NCBI GenBank assembly: GCA_038204425.1
Contig: JBBRCZ010000008.1
Coordinates: 64,001-128,000 of the forward strand
Direction of reading: 5' to 3'
Source of the DNA: Spirochaetia bacterium
Lineage (GTDB): Bacteria > Spirochaetota > Spirochaetia > DSM-27196 > Salinispiraceae
Length of the DNA stretch: 64,000 nt
Every line of letters begins with the position of its first letter. The stretch's first letter is position 1. Position numbers and translations under genes: made by a program. Positions 59,194-64,000 of the stretch are shown one piece after another. The notes beneath the pieces are model-generated. The model saw nothing but the letters and a program-made list of their open reading frames with translations. It was not told the origin of the DNA and searched no databases.

Positions 59194-60435
59194 ATGATCG
59201 ACGCGCACCGTTCTCTGATTCAATCCATAAAACAACAGGCTGAGCTAGCTCAAGATTTTGTACAGCAGGTACGACGTCATTTGCACACCAATCCAGAACT
59301 CTCTTTTGAAGAAAAAGAAACCTCTGCATTTATTGCCTCCAAACTCGATTTGCTTGGTATTGACTATACTGATCATATCGGTGGTTACGGTATACGAGCC
59401 TTGGTCAAAGGAACCGGCAGCGGTTTTAGAACAACAAGCGCCAGCAGTTTTGAGGCAGCAAGTGCCTGCGCTGCATTGCGCGCCGATATGGATGCTCTAC
59501 CCATCAATGAAAAGACTGGCCTAGACTTTGCATCCCAAAAGCCAGGCATTATGCATGCCTGCGGTCACGACATGCATAGTTCTATGTTATTGGGAGCAGC
59601 TAAGATCTTGCAAGAGCTGCGCCACTTATTTGCTGGTACCATTATGTTAGTTTTCCAACCTGCCGAGGAAAAAGTTCCTGGTGGTGCTAAGACCATGCTC
59701 GACGATGGGCTTTTTGATACTAGGGTACCCGACAGTATCGTTGGGCAGCACATCAACCCTCAGCTGGAGGCTGGCCTAGTAGGATTTTGCAGCGGCCTTT
59801 TTATGGCAAGTGTAGACGACTACAAAATCACTATTAAGGGCAAAGGCGGACACGGAGCCAGTCCCCACCTTTGTGTTGATCCAGTTTTTGTGGCCGCCCA
59901 AGTGATTACGGCTTGTCAGAGCTTTGTTAGTCGCCGCTCTAACCCACTACAGCCCAATGTCTTAACCTTTGGCAAAGTGCTCGCTGACGGTGCCTTTAAC
60001 ATCATTCCCGACGAGGTGTATCTCGAATGCACGTTTCGCACCTTTAACGAAGCCTGGCGTCAAGAGATCGCGCATGAGCTACCACGTTGTATCAAGCAAC
60101 TGTGCCAAGCCTTGGGCGCCAACGCCGAAGTTGAGCTGCTCAACGGCTATCCGGCAGTGTTTAATCATCTCGAGCTGACTGAAAAAATGCGTGCCAAAGC
60201 GGTGGATTTTTTGGGTGCCCAACGAGTCGTAGATCTTCCAGCAGTTATGTGGGCCGAAGACTTTGCCTACTATGGCACGCAAACCAAGGCCTGCTTTTAC
60301 AACATTGGCACCGCAAATCAGGCTAAGGGCTGGACCAGCCCACTGCATAGCCCCACCATGATACCCGACGAGTCAGTCCTGACGGATGGCGTGGGACTCT
60401 TGGCCTGGCTTGGCTTAAGCCAGTTGGAGCTCTAA
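59194..60435 (+). CDS. M20D family amidohydrolase
   Basis: RRHLHTNPELS, LRADMDALP, MHACGHD, FQPAEE, AEDF, LHSP. Confidence 0.92.
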   Translation: MIDAHRSLIQSIKQQAELAQDFVQQVRRHLHTNPELSFEEKETSAFIASKLDLLGIDYTDHIGGYGIRALVKGTGSGFRTTSASSFEAASACAALRADMDALPINEKTGLDFASQKPGIMHACGHDMHSSMLLGAAKILQELRHLFAGTIMLVFQPAEEKVPGGAKTMLDDGLFDTRVPDSIVGQHINPQLEAGLVGFCSGLFMASVDDYKITIKGKGGHGASPHLCVDPVFVAAQVITACQSFVSRRSNPLQPNVLTFGKVLADGAFNIIPDEVYLECTFRTFNEAWRQEIAHELPRCIKQLCQALGANAEVELLNGYPAVFNHLELTEKMRAKAVDFLGAQRVVDLPAVMWAEDFAYYGTQTKACFYNIGTANQAKGWTSPLHSPTMIPDESVLTDGVGLLAWLGLSQLEL

Positions 60436-60439
60436 GCGC

Positions 60440-62152
60440 ATGAATACCAGTCAAGACAAAGCACTTATAATTCAGAGCGACAGAACCTTGCTCTTGGATG
60501 TCCACGCAAATGATGCAGAAGAAGCCCGCCGCGCAATTGGCCCGTTTACCGAACTAGAAAAATCGCCCGAACATCTGCACACCTACCGCATCAGTCCTTT
60601 GTCGCTGTGGAACGCAGCAGCGGCTGGGCTCAAGCCAGAAGCAGTTTGCGTGGCACTTAGGGCCCACAGCCGCTACGAAGTCCCCAGTCACCTGGAACAT
60701 GGCATAGCCGACACCATGGGACGCTTTGGACTCTTAGCGCTTAAAGCCTCTCCGATCGAAGGCATTTTGCTTTTGGTAGTCTATAAACTTGCTATTTATG
60801 CCCAGCTCAAAGCACAAAAAAAACTCGCCAACTGGCTGGACGTATCATTGGAAGATGACCTGCGCTTTTTGGCCCAACAAGAGCCAAACGATAAGCTCAA
60901 GCCAGAAGGCGTTTTTCGCGTCAAGATGCTCGACCGCGGCACACTCAAACAAGAGCTTATTAAACTTGGTTGGCCGGTCAAAGACGATGTGCCACTGATT
61001 GATGGCGACCCGTATGAGTTTACGCTAAATGACAACACGGTTTTGCGCCCTTATCAAAACGAATCTATAGAGTGCTTCTTGGGCGATGGTCGGCCCGGGC
61101 TAGGTTATGGCGCCATCGTTTTGCCATGCGGCTCGGGTAAAACCATAGTGGGCTTGGGTTTGATGGCCAAACTTCAAACCAATACTTTAATCCTGACGGT
61201 CAATATCGCTGCCGTCCACCAATGGATTAGAGAAATCCGATCTAGAACCGACATAAACCCCGATGACGTTGGCGAGTACTCTGGTGGCAACAAGCAAATC
61301 CGACCAATTACGGTAGCAACTTACCAAATTTTGACCTGGCGAGCCGACAAGGTATCTGATTTTCCGCACTTTGCTTTGCTAAGGTCGCGCAAATGGGGGC
61401 TTTTGATCTATGACGAAGTGCATCTCTTGCCGGCGCCTGTCTTTAGAATTACTGCCGAGCTGCAAGCTCTTAGGCGCTTGGGATTAACTGCTACGCTTGT
61501 CCGCGAAGACGGCCTTGAGAGCGACGTTTTTTCTTTAGTTGGTCCCAAACGCTACGACACACCTTGGAAGGACATGGAAGCAGCCGGTTGGATTGCCTCG
61601 GTGCTATGTAAAGAAATCCGCTGCGACTTGCCCGACCACCTGGCCGTGCCCTATGCAGTAGCAGGCAAACGAGAAAAATTCCGCATCGCCAGTGAAAATC
61701 CTGTCAAATACGAAGTGGTGAGTTTTTTGGTCCATAAACATGCACCTGAGCCTACTTTAGTGATTGGTCAATACCTTGATCAACTCGATGAGCTGGCCGA
61801 GACCCTCAACGCACCATTAATAACTGGCCGCACACCCAACTTAGAACGAGATAGACTCTACGAGGCATTTCGCAATGGCGAAATTCATCTACTTATAGTC
61901 TCAAAGGTTGCCAACTTTGCAATTGACTTGCCGGATGCATCAATAGCAATCCAGGTGTCGGGTAGCTTTGGCTCCCGACAGGAAGAAGCCCAAAGATTGG
62001 GAAGAATTTTGCGTCCCAAGGCCCGGCAGTCACATTTTTACACTGTGGTCAGTCGCTACACGGTTGAGGAAGAATTTAGCGCCAATCGGCAGCAGTTTTT
62101 GACTGAGCAGGGCTATCGATACGAGATGGAATTATGGGAAGGAAAGCAATGA
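60440..62152 (+). CDS. xpb: DNA repair helicase XPB (Ssl2/Rad25-like)
   Basis: ELEKSPEH.HTYRI.PLSLWNA, LRPYQ, VLPCGSGKT, DEVH, GLTATLVRED, GSRQEEAQRLGRILRPK. Confidence 0.95.
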   Translation: MNTSQDKALIIQSDRTLLLDVHANDAEEARRAIGPFTELEKSPEHLHTYRISPLSLWNAAAAGLKPEAVCVALRAHSRYEVPSHLEHGIADTMGRFGLLALKASPIEGILLLVVYKLAIYAQLKAQKKLANWLDVSLEDDLRFLAQQEPNDKLKPEGVFRVKMLDRGTLKQELIKLGWPVKDDVPLIDGDPYEFTLNDNTVLRPYQNESIECFLGDGRPGLGYGAIVLPCGSGKTIVGLGLMAKLQTNTLILTVNIAAVHQWIREIRSRTDINPDDVGEYSGGNKQIRPITVATYQILTWRADKVSDFPHFALLRSRKWGLLIYDEVHLLPAPVFRITAELQALRRLGLTATLVREDGLESDVFSLVGPKRYDTPWKDMEAAGWIASVLCKEIRCDLPDHLAVPYAVAGKREKFRIASENPVKYEVVSFLVHKHAPEPTLVIGQYLDQLDELAETLNAPLITGRTPNLERDRLYEAFRNGEIHLLIVSKVANFAIDLPDASIAIQVSGSFGSRQEEAQRLGRILRPKARQSHFYTVVSRYTVEEEFSANRQQFLTEQGYRYEMELWEGKQ

Positions 62153-64000
62153 AAGCCCGCAGCACCCTATTTATGGATCCAATTGAACGACAAGCTTTGC
62201 GCGTAAAGGCTTTTCGCGAACGAATGTTAACCCTACCCGAAATGATTTTTTTGGATTTGGTTCGCAACTACACAGGAGAGATAAAAACTCCTTATCACAA
62301 GCACGACCTTTGGTCTCGCCTAGAACAATTCTTGCGTGATCCACACAATCAAGCTCTGATACGTGAGTTTCTGACCAAGAAGGATCGCCAGATTCTCAGC
62401 GCCATTCTAATGCTGGATGGTGCAGACGAAAAGACACTACAGTTTTTTTTGACCGAAAGCTTTAGCCCGTTTGAGCTCCACCTTCACCTCTTAAACCTGC
62501 AAGATCGCCTTTTGATCTATCAAGAGAACGACAGTCAAAAGCTCGGCAGTTTGGCTATCAACCCATTGCTCGAGGACTTACTCTTGCCAGCCCTTGATTC
62601 TGGCCAAGTAATAGTGAGCGCTCCACAAGAAAAAAATCTTGAGCACCAAAATAGAGCGAGTTTTTTTACCGACAATGCGGTCGTGGCCTTGGCTAACCTC
62701 TTCTTGCGCAACGGCCCTGTGGGCACGCAGGCTGGCAAGGTGCGAAAAAAAGTTGTTAATGACTTTTTGAGAGTGTTTTCTCAACTTGTCGCGCCCGAAA
62801 CCAGTGAAGAAGACCAAACTCAGATCTTAGTCAGGCTCTACCATGGCCTGAGAGCACTTGGCTTAATCTACGAAAACGCCAATGTCAGCAAGGCCAATTT
62901 GGAACGATGGCAAGACTTTGGCGCGCTCAGCCAAGCAGCGCGGTTTTGGCTCTGGTGTGGCGCACTTTGTTTTCCACAAAGCGAAGAACTTTTTAACCCA
63001 GAAGGATTTCCTGACTACTTTAGCCAAGCCCGAATTTTTGCCTTTGCTGTCCAAGTGCAGACTTTTTTGCGACAATTTTTACCCGATCGCTCCTATCCTG
63101 CGGCCAGCGTTAGACTGCTTTGGTCTTTATCAGGCAACAAAAGCGACCTAGGCGGCGAGCAAATTGTGCAAATTTTGACGCTCTTTGGACTTTTGAAAAA
63201 GCAGGGCAACAATTGGTACCGCAACCAAGACCTGCCGCCCCACAATTTGGAAGAACCCAGTTTGCGTATAGACGGCAACTTTGAGCTGGTTCTTACTGGC
63301 CAAGCCAAGCTTCATTCACAGTTGGCACTCTTGTTTTTTGCAGATCTGTTAGAGTTTAACCGGGTAAGTCGCTGGATACTAAACCGAGAAAGCCTCCATG
63401 CCGGTTTGGCAGCTGGCCTGAGCCGCGCCCACCTCGACGAAGGACTCAAGGCTTTCAATAGTCCGCAACTACCCCCCAACGTGGCATGGATGCTCAATGA
63501 GTGGGGTCTCGACCACGACAACCTGCGCTACCTCGATGGCATTTTGTTAATTGCTAAGGGTCCGCGCGCCTTAATCTTGGACAAACTTCCCGAGCTTGAC
63601 CCCTATATCCTAGAACGTCCAGCCGAAGGTATGGTTTTGCTCGATAGATTTGCACGCAGTACCTGGCTACCAATCCTTAAGTCGGCAGGACTTCCGGTGA
63701 GTCAGTTGGAGCAGATAGAAAGCCCACGCTTTCCGGTGCTACCGCAGTTTGAGAGCCTCGATCTTGAGGACTTAACAAAACCAATGGCAGCAGCTAAGCC
63801 AAGCGTACAAGCCGATGAGACGGCCGCAAGCTATGATCCCAAACAGCGTGAAGCCTTGGTTAATGATCTCTTACAAAAGCTCGCAGACGGTTCTTACCCG
63901 CCAGATTTAAAGGAAGAACTCAGCACCAGAATAAAAAATGGCATTGTGTTTGATGCACAGCAACTAAAACCCGAAACTACCAAGCTAGAAAGTCACGAAG
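62149..64000 (+). CDS. Helicase-associated (XPB-NTD/Helicase_C_3-like) domain protein, truncated by window edge
   Basis: Not in the ORF track. Frame from ATG 62149 (ATGA overlap with xpb) is open to the window end; contains LRIDGNFELVL...FADLLEFNRVSRWILNRESLHAGLAAG...LPPNVAWMLNEW. Confidence 0.75.
   Translation, partial: MKARSTLFMDPIERQALRVKAFRERMLTLPEMIFLDLVRNYTGEIKTPYHKHDLWSRLEQFLRDPHNQALIREFLTKKDRQILSAILMLDGADEKTLQFFLTESFSPFELHLHLLNLQDRLLIYQENDSQKLGSLAINPLLEDLLLPALDSGQVIVSAPQEKNLEHQNRASFFTDNAVVALANLFLRNGPVGTQAGKVRKKVVNDFLRVFSQLVAPETSEEDQTQILVRLYHGLRALGLIYENANVSKANLERWQDFGALSQAARFWLWCGALCFPQSEELFNPEGFPDYFSQARIFAFAVQVQTFLRQFLPDRSYPAASVRLLWSLSGNKSDLGGEQIVQILTLFGLLKKQGNNWYRNQDLPPHNLEEPSLRIDGNFELVLTGQAKLHSQLALLFFADLLEFNRVSRWILNRESLHAGLAAGLSRAHLDEGLKAFNSPQLPPNVAWMLNEWGLDHDNLRYLDGILLIAKGPRALILDKLPELDPYILERPAEGMVLLDRFARSTWLPILKSAGLPVSQLEQIESPRFPVLPQFESLDLEDLTKPMAAAKPSVQADETAASYDPKQREALVNDLLQKLADGSYPPDLKEELSTRIKNGIVFDAQQLKPETTKLESHE

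Overview
64 kb of chromosomal DNA from a bacterium, most likely a free-living spirochete. This is inferred from the cheW-DegT-like-nadK-recN block, tRNA-Arg(UCG), spirochete-style signal peptides and lipoboxes, and the XPB plus partner pair. The content is mostly housekeeping: a GH57/DUF4912 glycogen pair, recN, nadK, proA-proB, mazG, bioB, metA, six tRNAs, tig-clpP-clpX-lon, argF, nrnA, carAB, galE, metK, ppnP and xpb. Envelope genes include a 2198-aa Ig-like-repeat protein with a C-terminal barrel-like segment, an OmpA-family protein, a polysaccharide deacetylase and a split-transketolase/epimerase/GT2 sugar cassette. No integrase, transposase, prophage, CRISPR array or rRNA was seen. The best candidate for an undescribed system is an AztABC/ZnuABC-type metal-uptake operon (26.7-29.6 kb). 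It contains an 86-aa ribbon-helix-helix protein with a Cys/His-rich tail (CxxCxGxG...CxxC...HxHC). A 17-bp motif, GTATWA-N5-TAATAC, occurs as a perfect 35-bp double palindrome over the operon promoter and again upstream of the RHH gene. Together these suggest a non-Zur, non-TroR metal-sensing repressor and its operator. Other regulatory signals read directly from the sequence are OmpR-type 11-bp-period repeats before a vWA-HK-RR-deacetylase operon, tandem ARG boxes on the argF promoter and ATCA-N8-TGAT sites on the metK promoter. All family assignments come from motif recognition by eye, not from database searches.
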